Positions 15,110-28,910 of a stretch of DNA of 64,000 bases are shown here, in pieces. This DNA comes from the human T2T-CHM13v2.0 reference genome, Homo sapiens, in assembly GCF_009914755.1 (NCBI RefSeq), contig NC_060940.1, one strand, 5' to 3'. The translations under genes were made by a program, and so were the position numbers. The stretch's first letter is position 1; the number at the start of each line of letters is the position of its first letter. Below the pieces are notes generated by a model that saw only the letters and a program-made list of their open reading frames with translations, made no database searches and was not told where the DNA came from.

Positions 15110-15661
15110 CTATAAAAAACAGAAAACATAAAATGTCATGTAAGAACCATGTTAGGAAAAAGAAGAGAACTGTGCTATAAAAGACCATAATAATCAGGGG
15201 GCTCCTTAAAATCACCAGACTAGGTCAAAAAACATAGGGTTTCTCCATAAGGTGGGATAAGTAATTTGTAACTAACTAGTAAAAGAATACAATAAATCCA
15301 TATATGCTGACGTAAAAAGACATCCAAGATACAATCAAATGGAAAAACAAGTTGAAAAAACAGTATATAGAATAGATTTTCAGCTGTGTAAAGAAAAATA
15401 TAAAAGACAGATATATATATTTGTACATACCTAGAAAACTTCTAGAAGAATCCATAAGAAACTAAATAAACTGGCATAGGAAGTTTAGTGGACTTGCTTC
15501 CCTACTTTATACACTTTCTGTACTGTTGAATAGGTGTCAATATTATGAAAGTAATGAAAAGCAATGAAAGTAATGATAAAAAAAAAAATCACCATTCCCA
15601 CTGTGCCTAATACAAGGCCACTGTAGAGAACATAACCAATCACATGAAGGTTAAAAGTGAC

Positions 15662-15956
15662 AGCTGGGCACGGTAGCTCACACCTGCAATCCCAACACTT
15701 TGGGAGGCTGAAGCAGGCAGATTGCCTGAGCTTGGGAGTTTGCAACCAGCCTGGGCAACACAGTGAAACCCCGTCTCTACTAAACCACAAAAAATTAGCC
15801 GGGTGTGGTGGTACGTGCCTGTAGTTCCAGCTACTCGGGAGGATGAGGCAGGAGAATTGCTCGAACCCGGGAAACGGAAGTTGCGGTGAGCCAAGTTCTT
15901 GCCACTGCACTCCAGTTTGGGCGACAGAGCGAGACTCCATCTCAAAAAAAAAAAAA
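15662..15956 (+). mobile_element. Alu (AluS), ZNF23 intron
   Basis: Full dimer; TSD aaaagtgacag. Confidence 0.93.
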
Positions 15957-16643
15957 GTGACAGTAGTGGAATAAAATTCTAGGTCTTGTCCACCAGCTCA
16001 GCATTCTTTTAATCACACCATGCTTTTCTACACCCTGCAGTTTCTTCTTAGTTGTTCCTATAGCACTCAGTTCCTTACTTAAAAAAAAATGGAAAATGCT
16101 GAAGAAGGAAAAGGCACAGGATCCAACAGAATATGGCAACTTGGAAGATGACAACAGTCAGCAGCACCAGGGAGCAAAATGGAAATAATTTTGTTTCTTT
16201 CCTTAGAACATTAACTGTGGGCTTTCCAAAATTTGTCCTTCAACTTCATTTCTACTTTAGACAGGCTCTATTTGAGGTCCATCTCATCCCCTTTCTTCCC
16301 ATTCCCCTCCAAATACTGCTGCATTAACCTTGCCTTTTCCTTTCACTTCTTCCTCTAATCCTAAACTTGATCATTCCCTAAAAATCTTTTTATAATCCCA
16401 ATAGTCTTTAGAACTAGAACTACTCATCTCTGCATTTGTTCCCAACTTTCTCAAAAGCTCAGTCCCAAAATGCTGCCTCATATTTTTTCATCTTTCATCA
16501 CTCCTCAACCACATGTAATATGCCCCCTGCCCCAGTATTTCATAATTGCCCTCAATAAGCCCCTCCAATTGCCTGGATTCCCCAGCAAGCACTTTCTAAA
16601 TAATACTGGTCTCTTCCCAACTAAAAAAATAATACTCATCTGT

Positions 16644-16971
16644 TGCTATAGACTGAATGTTTGTCCTCCCCACAAATTCATATTCTGAAGTCCTAACCCC
16701 TGATGTGATTGTATCAGGAGGTTGAGCTATGGCAGAACCCTCATGAATGGGATTAATGCCCTTAAAAAAGAGCCCAGAGAGCTCCCTTTCTTGCCACCAT
16801 GTGAGGATACAGTGAGAAGACAGCTGTCTATTAGCCGGGAAGCAGGCCCTTGCCAGACAGAACCTGCCTGAACCTTGATCTTGGACTAGAACTGTATGAA
16901 ATAAATTTCTGTTGTTTATAAGCCATCCAATCTATGGCAGTCTGTTATTGTAGCCCAAACTGACTAAGACA
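16644..16971 (+). mobile_element. MLT1A-like MaLR solo LTR
   Basis: tgctatagactgaatgtttgtc...aataaatttctgttgtttataagcca...gactaagaca; TSD tctgt/tctat. Confidence 0.85.
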
Positions 16972-17889
16972 TCTATACTATCAGATGTCTAGTCATCCTC
17001 TCCAGAAGTCTATTCCTGCTTTGCTGCACTCTCACCAACATTGAATATAATTTAATTATTCTCAATATGATAGGTGAAATATCTCTCGTTTTCACTTTCC
17101 TCTCTTGCAGTGAGGATGGCCATTTGACACAGTTACAGCAAATGAGTCTTAAACAGGTATCACTGACTGGGCTTCTGAAGATTTTTAAAAAGAAAGTCAA
17201 CACTGCTGCCATGGGCCTCATGCCCTTTGCCCTCCCTTCTGCCTGCCTAGAGCCTGTTTGATTCCTCATCCCAATTAACCCACACACACTGACTACATTA
17301 ATGTTTCTATCACCAGCTAGGATCATGATGGGTTTCCTGGAAAAGTCAAAGACTTCAGGACAGTCAGCTGTCTACAGAATAAAATACAGGGTCCTTTGAT
17401 TAAGACCTCACAATATCACTTTTTTTCCTATATTTGTCAAGGCCATTATACGGCAAACTCCATTTCCAAAACATGCCTTCTTTGGTCAGATATCGTCTGA
17501 TAGAATGATCAAAAGGAATAAAAACCTACAGAAACCATCTAAGAAAAATGAAGACTCACTGAAAAAATTCAAGAGAATCTCACAGACCCTAAATATAAGA
17601 AATAACGGGGGGCCTCGGGGGGAATGAGAAGTCATTTGGCAGCTACTCTGCTGGCACCAATTGGAGCCCTGCTCCTTCAAGTGTGGTCTGGTAACCAGAA
17701 GTACTGGCATCGCCACATCACCAGGGAACTTCATAGAAATGCAGACTCCACACTTACTGCATATCTGTAAGACCTCAGGATTCCTTTACACATTCACATT
17801 TAAGAAGCAAAAATTAAGAGCACTTCCTCCCTTCCACATTACCTTCCCTGTGTACAGCTGTATTCCCCAAAACCAAAATAAAAATACTG

Positions 17890-18105
17890 AACTGAGCACA
17901 CATTATAAGCTAGGTATTTGATATGTGTTATCTCATTTAAACCTCAACCCACAAGATAGTACTATTACCTCCTTTTATTATTAACCCATTTTCAGAGATG
18001 AGAACACTCAAATAACCTACTCAAAGTCACGCAAATTAGGAAGCAGCACAGTTGGGACTGGACCTCAGAAAAGTCTCCTCTAAAGACTGTGCTTTTAAGC
18101 ACTTC
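17890..18105 (-). mobile_element. MIR
   Basis: tctcatttaaacctca...cccattttcagagatgagaacac core. Confidence 0.65.
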
Positions 18106-18466
18106 TATCTGTGTGAAAAGGCTGTTAATTCTGTATCCTCCACACTATGTGAATAATGCTTAGAAATGGCAAGGAACCCCCAAACTACTGAGTCCCTTAA
18201 TTTTGTCTGAGAAAGGCAGGATTCCAAAATTAGCATTGAAGAGTCAGAATGAAGGGTTTGAAAAAAGATCTGTTCTTGGAATTAGACACAACAAACTTTG
18301 AAGACAGAAAGATAAGGACTACCTATCTCTATGAATCATCAAAATTTACTCAAACTTCACTCTGTATGACTGGCCAATAAACACAGTATGTTTATATGTT
18401 GCTAAAGCTGGCTTTATGCCTAAAGTGCTAAATTCCAACAGAGTGGGAAATATGTACCTCCCTTAC

Positions 18467-18574
18467 CAGTCTGGAGGCCCTGGAGGCCTGTTCCTGCAGC
18501 CAGTGGAGATGAGCCCCCCAGCTCACCTCCTCCCTCCAGTTGTGAGATCACAGCAGGTTTGAGAAGTGGAAATC
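18467..18574 (-). CDS. ZNF23: ZNF23 KRAB-B exon (108 nt; GFPLLKPAVISQLEGGGELGGSSPLAAGTGLQGLQT)
   Basis: Acceptor ccAG|GATTT at 18575/18574, donor CTG|GTAAGG at 18467/18466. KPAVISQLE KRAB-B motif; phase 1-1. Confidence 0.93.
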
Positions 18575-19191
18575 CTGGTTTGGGAGAGGTAAATAGGAGA
18601 GACAGATGAATAAACTCCCACAGACAAATTCCTAAGCCTCTTCTCAGACTGTCTCAGCAATGGGGAGGGAAGGTAAGAACCCCAGGAGGTCCCAAGCCTC
18701 AGGACTACGGGAAAGTACTGTGGGGCTTAGGAAGGACTAAAGAGACCTTGGAGACTTCCAAGGGCTTTGGGAGGCAAATGTGGGGGTTGGGGGTGAAGGC
18801 TTGGGAACGTGTGGGAGAGCCTGGTTAGGGCCCAGACTGTAGGCCTAGGAGACCTCATGCAGGGCAAGCAGGGAGATTCTGCCCAAAGGGATACCACTTT
18901 TTGACCTTGGCCTGAAATAATCCAGAGTACACTGAGATCCTTGAAAAGACTCAAGACAGGTAAGATGAGGGGGCAACTGAAGATGCCACTGTGGAACAGG
19001 AAGCAACTGGATTCCAGTGTTTCCAAAACATAGCTTTCATGGGTTGGATCAACAGTGCATACCAGTTCCAAGCAAAGTCCTATATAGGCCTACAAAAGGC
19101 TTGGCATTTGCCCCTGCCAGTAACCTCTAAGTCTAGATTAGGAACAGCTCTGGGGTTCTCACTCAGTAAAGGATTACCAGAGATCCCCTCA

Positions 19192-19416
<225 letters not shown>

Positions 19417-20565
19417 CTAGGGCCAATTCCATAGCTCAGGCCCTAAGTGAGGGGCAGAGCGCAGTATAAGGGCTTGGGGAGGGTGCTTGTGAGAGTACAA
19501 AATTAGTATTAACAACAAGGGGAAGATCTCAGAAAAAAAATATCGAGAAAGTAAACTACAAAGTATCCACATTCTCCCACAGCAGGGAAACCTCATGCCA
19601 TTTTTCACACAAATAAGAGGTCACATTAAGACAGGCTGAAAGAAAAAAATTTCCATAAGCAAATTCTCTAAAGCCAACTCCACTCTTTTAGATAAGCTGC
19701 TCCCTCCCAGCAAACTCGGGGCTGATCCACCAGCAGGTCCCACACCACTCCCCTGCGCCTAACCTCAGCCCTGTTCTGCTGCCCACCCATCGCCCTCATC
19801 CTCACAGCTCAAGCCACCCCCAAAGATCATCCACGGCTTCTGTCTCATCCAGCCCCACCAGATTCCCTTCACAGACCCCCCAACAAGGGGCTGTGCAGCC
19901 TCTGCTTGAGCACCTCCAGCCAAGGATGCTCCATGCTGCCCAGGCTGCAGGGTCTTCCTGGAAAGCCAGAATTTTCCTTACCCTCTCCCATTCAAGTCTC
20001 ATCCTTTCCAACTTCTCCGAAAGCTTCACTGTTTCTCCAAGAACATTTGGGAAAGCAGGGAGACCGGCCTTCCCACTGGCCGGCTACTCTCTCCTTTGCA
20101 TCACTAAGCTATGTGGTTGGCACAAGCTCCACCACTCAGGGACGCTTCGTGTCACTCCCAGGCCCAACCACCCCTCCTGGGCAGCTGCAGCCTCTGGGAG
20201 GCTTACCCTCTGCCCACCTCAGCCTGCTCTAACAACCATGGGGGCTCACTGGCAGGGATCTGCTGCTCAACTCCTCTCTGCTAGGATGTGTCTTCCTGGA
20301 ATTTACTGACCTCCACCCATCAGCAATTCTAGTCCAACCTTTAGGTGTTTCTGTGAGCCTTCTTTGTGTGACCTTCAACAAGTAACTTCTCTGCACAAAA
20401 TATAATGTCTTCACTGTGTGCCGCCACCACCACCCTGGTAAGTTGGCACTTCCTTCTGAACTTACACTTCAGCTGGGGTCAGAATCACCCTCACAAGAAA
20501 CCTCAGCCAGAAACCTGGGGATTGTTCTTGACTTCCCACCTTCCTTATCACCACAAATCCTTTGA

Positions 20566-20880
<315 letters not shown>

Positions 20881-21099
20881 ATGATTTTTCTATCTTAAGC
20901 ATTACTTGAATTGGATCCCTCTTTAATGATGGCTTTCCTTGATGAAGCCCATGTCACGGGACCAGTGGGATTCTTCTTTGTGAAGTGGTCACCGTGCTTT
21001 TGAATCTTCCTTACAAATTATTCCATACACATCACAAATCTGACCAAGTTAACATCACTGGTTCCACAGCTGTCTTATGGCTAAGCAGTTCTGAATCAC

Positions 21100-21275
21100 A
21101 CAATAACTCTGTGATCCTGGGCAAGTTACTCTACTCCCCTTTTGCCTTTTCTTTTTAGGTGGAAAGAGTACAACACAGCACTTATCACAGAGGCGGTTGT
21201 CAGGACCAAACGACCATACAAAGGGCTTAGTATGGCTCCTGGAGCATAGTAAGCCTCCAAAGATACAACTGGTGT
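21100..21275 (+). mobile_element. MIR fragment
   Basis: ctctgtgatcctgggcaagttact...ggttgtcaggaccaaa...gcttagtatgg. Confidence 0.55.
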
Positions 21276-21987
21276 GACTGTGGACTGTTCCCAACCTGTA
21301 GTCCATGGAAGTCCATGGATGAGCTTCAGGGGATCCGTGAAGTCCCTGAAAATGTATGGAAAATTTGGTTTGCAGGTTTATGTTCTGCAGGTTCCCCGCA
21401 CAACACCTCTTTCCTGCAGGACAGGGTGGAAAGCTCTTCTCAGAGACCTAAAGTCTGCATCCTAAACTTTGAAAGCTTCACAAGCACAATGAGACATTCC
21501 GTCCCATGTGACTGTCTTCCCCCTCCCTTGACTCCACTCCCTGTGACCTTCCCTTACCCCTGAATTAGAGGCACGGCCATCCTTCTCTGATCAGGTCCTG
21601 CTATTCCTCTTCTCTACATCCCCACCACAGATAGTCCAATCCTCTGCGACTGTGCTCCACTGACACCCCTGCACAGTACATCCCACAGGGGCGGTTTCCA
21701 CGTCCCCATTCACCCAGAGCCCTATGCTGGGGGTGCTCCTGTAGAGAGGAGCAGAGACCCTCAGTGTGCAGAAGACCACCACCCTCCTGCTCTCCTGCTC
21801 ACTCTCCCGCTTCCTCCACTCGCTACTGTCCTGGTCTCTGCCGCCCTCCCTGCACAACACCTCTTTCCCACAAGTTCCAGTCCAGCAGGTGGAAGCAGCT
21901 GTCATCCCGAGGCTCACCAGCTCCCCTTCTCAATGTTTTTCAATCTGAAACTGCCCAGAGGAAGAGCTGAAGGACCCCACAGCTCAC

Positions 21988-22020
21988 CTGGGGCCAGGCT
22001 GTCAGGTGCATGGCTGCCAT
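21988..22020 (-). CDS. ZNF23: ZNF23 start-codon exon, coding part MAAMHLTAWPQ (whole exon about 21988-22052)
   Basis: ATG at 22020, 33 coding nt, donor CAG|GTGAGC, acceptor tttctccttAG at 22053. Paralogous to ZNF19 MAAMPLKAQYQ and joins KRAB-A in frame. Confidence 0.85.
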
Positions 22021-22371
22021 CCCCTGGTCCCCGTCTCAGAGAAGGGCTGGAGCTAAGGAGAAACACAAAGAGAGACAAGTGTGAGGCAAGCCACCCCAAC
22101 CAGAGCAACATAGCCCCTCACAGAAAATGCAAGACACAGGCAGCTTGCATCCAAATAGGAGTGCGAACAGGAGCTGCCCAAGAAGGGAATGATCTGTTCA
22201 CTGGCTCAGTGCCTAGGACTCCAGGCTATGACACTGAAATTCACTGCCAGGAACCCTAGGACTTTACAATTCTGATACATATCACACACACTGAAGAGTA
22301 TATATATAAAATTTAAAAATAAACAAATAAAAATTAAAAATAAAAAGAAGAAGAAGAGTGCATATAAAACC

Positions 22372-22980
<609 letters not shown>

Positions 22981-23704
22981 GTATGCAGAGCCTAAAAAAT
23001 AAAGCAAAGAGTCATGTATCCACAATTCATTTCAAGAAATAGGACAATACCAAGATCTTTGACTTATTTCTCTTTCTCAACACAAGCATTATCTTCAGTA
23101 TCACAGCAGGAGAAGCTGGACTGGCTGGGCTGCAGCCCCAGTACACAAGCCTGGGGAGTCAGACCCCAGGGAGGCAGCGCCTGGAGAAGGCAGCTGCCCC
23201 CCAGTATCCTGCCCCACTTCCTCAGAGCTCTGAATGTCCTCAAGAATCCTAACACCTCTGGAGAGGTCTTGAGAGGTCAGTCCTCCTAAGGACAGCACAG
23301 GCTGTCCTTAGGAAGCTGAGCTGGAAGTTAGGAACCAGGCTGTTTCCCAAACTTTCCAGTCTTCTGATAGTGAATGAGCCAAGGCCTACACTTCTGCGTC
23401 AGCTCCTGAGAGAGGAGATCACTGTAGCAGCCAGTCCCGTGACCCAGAGCCTCTTGTTCACTGTATTCAAAAACATATGGACTAGTGATTTTCTGACTTT
23501 TACTGCCCCTAAAGTCAGTCTTGAAATTACATTTTCCTAAAATATCATCCATTTCTTCCAGGATTTCAACTTTACTAGTACAGAGTTGCAGAAAATACTG
23601 GTTCATGATTCTTTCCATTTCCTCCATATCCAGAGCTAGTTTGCTTTTCCCACTTCTTCTTTTGAATATATGTGCTTTCTAGACCTTTTTCCCAGGGTTA
23701 GAGT

Positions 23705-24110
23705 TAGAGACTAAACATTTATGCCCCTGCCAAATTCATATGTTGAAGCTCTAGCCTCCAATGTGACTGTATATGGAGACGGGGCCTGTCAGGAGGTTAC
23801 AAGGATAAATGAGGTCCTAAGGGTGGGACTAAAGGTCCTAAGGTTAAATGAGGTCCAATAGGGGTGATGCCTTTACAAGAAGAAGGAGAGACCCAGAGCC
23901 CACGAAACCACTCACTCCCCGCCTCCCCCATGTGAGGACACAACGAGAGGGCTACTATCTATAAGCCAGGAAGGCAACCCTGGCAGGAGCCAAAATCAGC
24001 TGGCACCTTGATCCTGGACTTCCAGTCTCCAGGACTGTGAGAAATAAGTATGTTGGTGAAGCCACCCAGTCTATGGTATTTTGTTATGGCAGCCCAAGCA
24101 GACTAATACA
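23705..24110 (+). mobile_element. MaLR LTR (MLT1A/MST-type)
   Basis: aaattcatatgttgaagc...gtgaggacac...gacttccagtctccaggactgtgagaaataa...gactaataca. Confidence 0.8.
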
Positions 24111-24249
24111 GTTAGGCTGAGCAGTGTTTTACTTATTTTAATGTGGTTTCCTTTTATTTTCAAAGAACCAGCTTTTCTAGTTGAGCAACACTACTTTCTT
24201 CTATTTGTTTTAAATTCACTAATTCTGCTCTTAGTTTGTTCCTTCAGCT

Positions 24250-24745
24250 CTGTAAGGGGCAGTGTAAGCACCACTCCAATCCTCTTATCCCATCCTCAGT
24301 CCAGTTCTACAGAGGTTAGTCAGCTTTGTGAAGCTGCAAGCTACCAGAACCTTCACAAGGACCTACATCACCTATGCCTGGTTCCTGCCCTGGGGCTTCT
24401 CTGGTGTCCTATGTGGGACACCTGTGGACACCTGCTGGGCCCTGAAGTGCAGAGGCATTAACACCTGTGGGACCCCCTTGACCAATAGGGGAGAGAAACC
24501 AATGGATAAATGTTTTCCCCGTCGATCCCCCAGCGGGGCAGCCTTAAGACTCCAAGGCTCCTCAAACGCCCTGCAAGGCAGAGCCTGTTGAGGGCCGAGC
24601 ATACCAATGCATCCTTGTACCAGTTCTCCCATCTCTGTTTCACTCCCCTTGTCTTTCACTCTGCCCCTGTGACCATATTCCTAAATAAATTCCTACATAC
24701 AAATCTTTGTTCCACGTTCTGCTTTTGGGGAAGCTTAGACTACAA
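24250..24745 (+). mobile_element. ERVL LTR16-like LTR
   Basis: tgtaagg start; cctaaataaa...caaatctttgt...ctgcttttgggga end. Confidence 0.55.
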
Positions 24746-25186
24746 AAGGCTTTTTTCCCACCTTCTTGAGGTTGCATGACTTATTCATTTATTTTCATTC
24801 TTCCTATTTGGCAATTAAAGCCTATAAGGCCACAAATTTTCCTTGGGATACACTATTTGCCACATTCCAGAGGTTTTTATATTTCATGTTTTAATTACTG
24901 TTTTATAGTCAGTCAGCAATTCTGTTTTGTCTCTGACCTAGTAATTGCTTAGGATAGTTTACTGTTGCTAATTTCTTCTGTTTATAAGTTCTGGCTTTAT
25001 TGCATGATGGTTATATAACCCAATCTACTAACTTCTACTTTACACATTTTTCAGGGTTTTTTTGTGACTCATGTCCATTTAAAAAAATATATTATCTGGT
25101 GTTTAAAGAGAAAACTTATTCTGTGATGGGAGAATATACAACTCCATTTTTAGATAATAAACCAACTCTACCAATTACATATGTAG

Positions 25187-25586
25187 TGTGATAGCTACCC
25201 CGCTCAGCTAGTCAAGGGTGTATACCTGCTGCCTGAACCTTGAAGACCGGGCAGTGAGTCAAGACCATGGGGCTCAGCAGAGGAGCAGGTGTTTGCAAGA
25301 ACGTAAACATCCTAGAAAGTATATGAGAACCTACCAAGAAAAGTCTCATCGTTTAAATGCAGTAGGCAAACAGCCAGAAAATTCTCTAAAAAGTACTTAG
25401 AGACGAGGGGCATCACAGGTCTCTAAAGCTGTCCTGCTGCCATCCAGGAGTAAGTATGTAAGTCCTAATAAACTCATCTACTTGCCAAGCTGGACTCGTC
25501 CAAGGCATTCTTTGGTCTCTTGGCTCCCTCCCAAGGGGATAGTTTTTTTTTTTAAATACGATTCCAGGTTTTTTCCTGTTATGACA
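25187..25586 (+). mobile_element. Solo LTR (LTR47-like; family uncertain)
   Basis: TG...CA termini; internal cctaataaactcatctac poly(A) region. Confidence 0.55.
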
Positions 25587-25669
25587 TTATATAGATTTTC
25601 TACATAATCCTTGATTACTTTTACCTAATTAAACCAAGATGGCCAGTGAAGAACTAACTCTCACAAAAC

Positions 25670-26830
25670 ACTGAGCTCAGATGTGTCATGAGCAAATTCT
25701 TTCAATGTTTCGGAAATGAGTAATTCTAACACTATGTAAACCGTAGCAGAGCACAGCAAAGTAAGTTTCCCAATTCTTTTTATGGTGCCAGCACAATACT
25801 GATGCAAAAACTACAGACCAGTCTCATTTATGAATTCTAATGCAAAAATTCTATCAAGGAATAGACTCCAATAGTTCATTAAATACATCATGAGTAAGTA
25901 GGATTATCCCACGAAGATACTAATTAGTATATTTTTCACATTAATAAATCAAAGAAAGATAAACACACTGTCCATCTCAACAGATGCCAAAGATGTTTAA
26001 CATAATTCAACATTTGTGCCTAATTTTAAAAACTTACACACTAGAGAAACTCTCATATGTAGGAAGTACGTACAAAAATATTATCAGCACATTTTAATAA
26101 CAAAACACTGAAAACAACCCACATGTCCATTGAAAATACATCGATAAATTTTCATACAGTTTTTACAATGGAACATTACCCAGAAGCTACACACAGAATG
26201 AATTTGGAAACTTAACATTGAATTATGCGAGTCCCAGATGACTTATACACACAATGGTGCCATTTATATGAAGCTCAAAAAAAAAATTTAAGTACATTGC
26301 TTACAGATACATGCATATGTAATTATTTTTTAAAATAACAGGGCTACAATTAACACAAAAGTCAATATAACTGTTACCTCTAGGGGTTGGAGGCTGGGAG
26401 TTGGGTTGAGGAGGAGGAACACATTGATAAATTCAGCAGTACTGGCAATCTTCTCTTTCTTAATTGGGTGGTGTGTTCATGGATGTTTACTACTATATAT
26501 GTAACATATAAATATATATTTTAAATAAATATATAAACCAGCAAGGATGGGGTGAAATTGAGGACCCAAAATGTAATACAAAGAACAGCCAATGTGCTTA
26601 ACTATACTACAGTGAACATAACCACACTTAAGTGGTAGGAAAGAAAAGGGGTAAGCAACTTTGGAAAACAGTATTTTGACTAAATACCATAAGAGTAAAG
26701 ACAAAAAGACCTGTATCCAAGTACTGTACTTTAGGTAGTAAATTTGCTTTTCATGGGGGTATGAATTAGCGATTCTGAGACTACTAAATATATTCTAAAA
26801 CTGAGTGAATTCGTAATTACGTTGTAGAAG
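25670..26830 (+). mobile_element. Old L1M fragments (ORF2 remnants and 3' ends)
   Basis: aaaactacagaccagtctcatttatgaa...atgcaaaaatt; catctcaacagatgc; L1 3'UTR-like blocks. Confidence 0.6.
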
Positions 26831-26899
26831 TCATTCCCAGGTCATTGTCAACCCTGAGCCGAGAGAAGCAGGGCTGAGTTACCTTTTGGGACTGACACT

Positions 26900-27710
26900 G
26901 CTCCAGGAGACAATGTCCTCCAAAAGCCGGGCTGCTTCTGCTGCCGGGTGACTGGGAGGGGCTCTGCGCTCCCACTCGGCCCTAATTCATGACCCTATGT
27001 CAGGAGCCTGGGAGCACACGGTCCATACTCGGGATGCACATAGGTTAATGTTCCTGCCAGACCTCAGCATGTCAAAAGACTTGTGGTATCACCTCGGGCC
27101 GCTTCACGCCCGCAAATATTCCATCTTTTAGCTGCACCGACACATCTTCCCCCGTCGACCAAGTGCTAAATGCTCAGGGCCTCGTGGCTGGGACAGCAAC
27201 GTGCGTTTCCCCTTCCAATGGGCGCAAGCTATTGAGCCACAAAGACCAAAGCTGGAGTCGAGGAGCGCGGAAGAGCACCCCGGGCCGCCGCCCTGCTCCC
27301 TCTCCCAGCCTGGGCCTCCTGGCAGCGTAGGCCACGGGAGACCCTGCAGCACCCAGGGTGGGAGTGCGTCTCAACCGGACCCAGAGCCTGGGGGACAGGG
27401 CACGGCACACAGCGCCCGGAGCCCTGCACTCACCTCCGTAGCGGACTGCTCCCCGGCGCTGCCGGAAGTGCGTCACCAGGCGGCCGGGCCTCTCTAGGAG
27501 CAAGGTCGCTGCGCCTCGGTGGTGGTCACGCCCGGCCAGCTGTGGCCGCATCCCTGTCGGCTAGCTCGGGTCTGGCCCACGGTGACTGTTACCCCTGGGG
27601 AATGGGGCAGGTAAGAATCAGAGCCAAGCGGGGACCCAGCCCGGGGAGGTGAAGCTGCAGGTGCAGCCACGTGTGGGAGTCTTGGAAATGGACCAGTGGA
27701 TGGCGCGCTG
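26900..27710. promoter_or_regulatory. CpG-island promoter of ZNF23, probably bidirectional; ETS/half-CRE motif CCGGAAGTGCGTCAC at 27462-27476
   Basis: High CpG/GC density; outward-facing strong donors on both strands (27434 minus, 27610 plus). Confidence 0.85.
27434..27490 (-). other. ZNF23: ZNF23 non-coding first exon (5' end approximate)
   Basis: Strong donor GAG|GTGAGT at 27434/27433 inside a CpG island, next to the ETS motif CCGGAAGTG. Confidence 0.75.
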
Positions 27711-28479
27711 TCACACCCAATGCCCCCTTTTTCTAACAAATAGTTTGTAATGTCCATCTTATTCTCCTGACCTGATATTCATATATAATGGCCTAGAAAA
27801 TCATACATAACATACACACCTACATATTAAAAACTAATGTTATGCCTTAAGTGTAATGAAAGAGAAAAAAAAGAGGACCGTCATCTGTCGTTTAAAAACA
27901 CATACTTCAATGTGTTTGGTCTTGGCTGCTGCAGGAGACCTAATAAGGTGGTCGCCTTTACACATAGACGTTGTCTGAGTGCCACAGCCACAAAGCTGTG
28001 ACTTACATTGTTGCAAAAGTCACAAAATTATGATCCAAAATGGCAAACATGTTTTCGTGAAGTTCTGAATGAAACACAGGACAATCGTCTCTTGATTATA
28101 CAATAATTACATTCCTGGAAGATCAGTGTATGTTAAAACTGTGCAAAAATACATGTTTATCCAGAAAACAGGTTTAGATTCAGATAATTTAGAAATAGAA
28201 TTTTCACCTACCTGAATGTTCAGCAAGACATTTGAAAGTGTGAACATTTTTTCAGTGGGCAGGACTGTCCTGTACATTGCAGGATCCTGGCTCCTATCCA
28301 CAACGCTAGTAGCAATGTTACCACTGACACCAAATATAACAAAATACCTACCATAAAATTCCAAAATGAGCCCTGGGGGAAGGGAGACAGTACTAAATGC
28401 CACTGGATTGGACGACCCTTAAAATCCCCACCCCCTCACACACCCCCTAACCCTGGTAATGTGGGCTTTTCTTCCTTCC

Positions 28480-28910
28480 AGCTCTGATCCATCCAACGCT
28501 GCTGCACTGGAGACTGGTATTTGGCTCCCACTTGCCTCTGTGGCTTCTTATCACTCCCATTCATTCCCTGACTCTACCTCAGCCCTACATGCTAAAAATG
28601 CTGTTCTCTAAATCTAGAATGCCCTTCCCTTCCCATTCCTACCCTCCATCTTGACTGTTACTGGAAGTGTGAGCTCAAATCCCATTTTGCATGGGAAGCA
28701 AGCCTTCCCTCATCACCCAGAATAAGGCAGGACACTCATTTATGTGCCATCACAGCACTGTGTACTTACTTAATGGTGATAGTTTATTTATATGTCTGTC
28801 TTCTCTGGTGGCTGCAGGGAACAGACACTGTATCTATCTTGTTCAACATCATCATCCTCAGCTAGAGAATAACTGGCAGAAAGAAGGAGAGCAATAAACA
28901 TTTGTTGTTG
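28480..28910 (+). mobile_element. L2 3' end
   Basis: ctagaatgcccttcc...aagccttccct...caataaacatttgttgttga. Confidence 0.6.

Noticed and set aside
15110-15215. Hydrophobic N-terminus ([23 protein letters not shown]...) of ORF 13317..15215, resembling a signal or transmembrane segment
   Set aside because: It is the T-rich intron and polypyrimidine tract read in frame upstream of the acceptor at 15109; the true N-terminus is spliced.
27693-27706. CTCF-like CCAGTGGATGGCGC near the ZNF23 promoter
   Set aside because: It has a mismatch at the conserved core A and sits at the edge of a probable DNA-transposon remnant; too weak to call without ChIP data.
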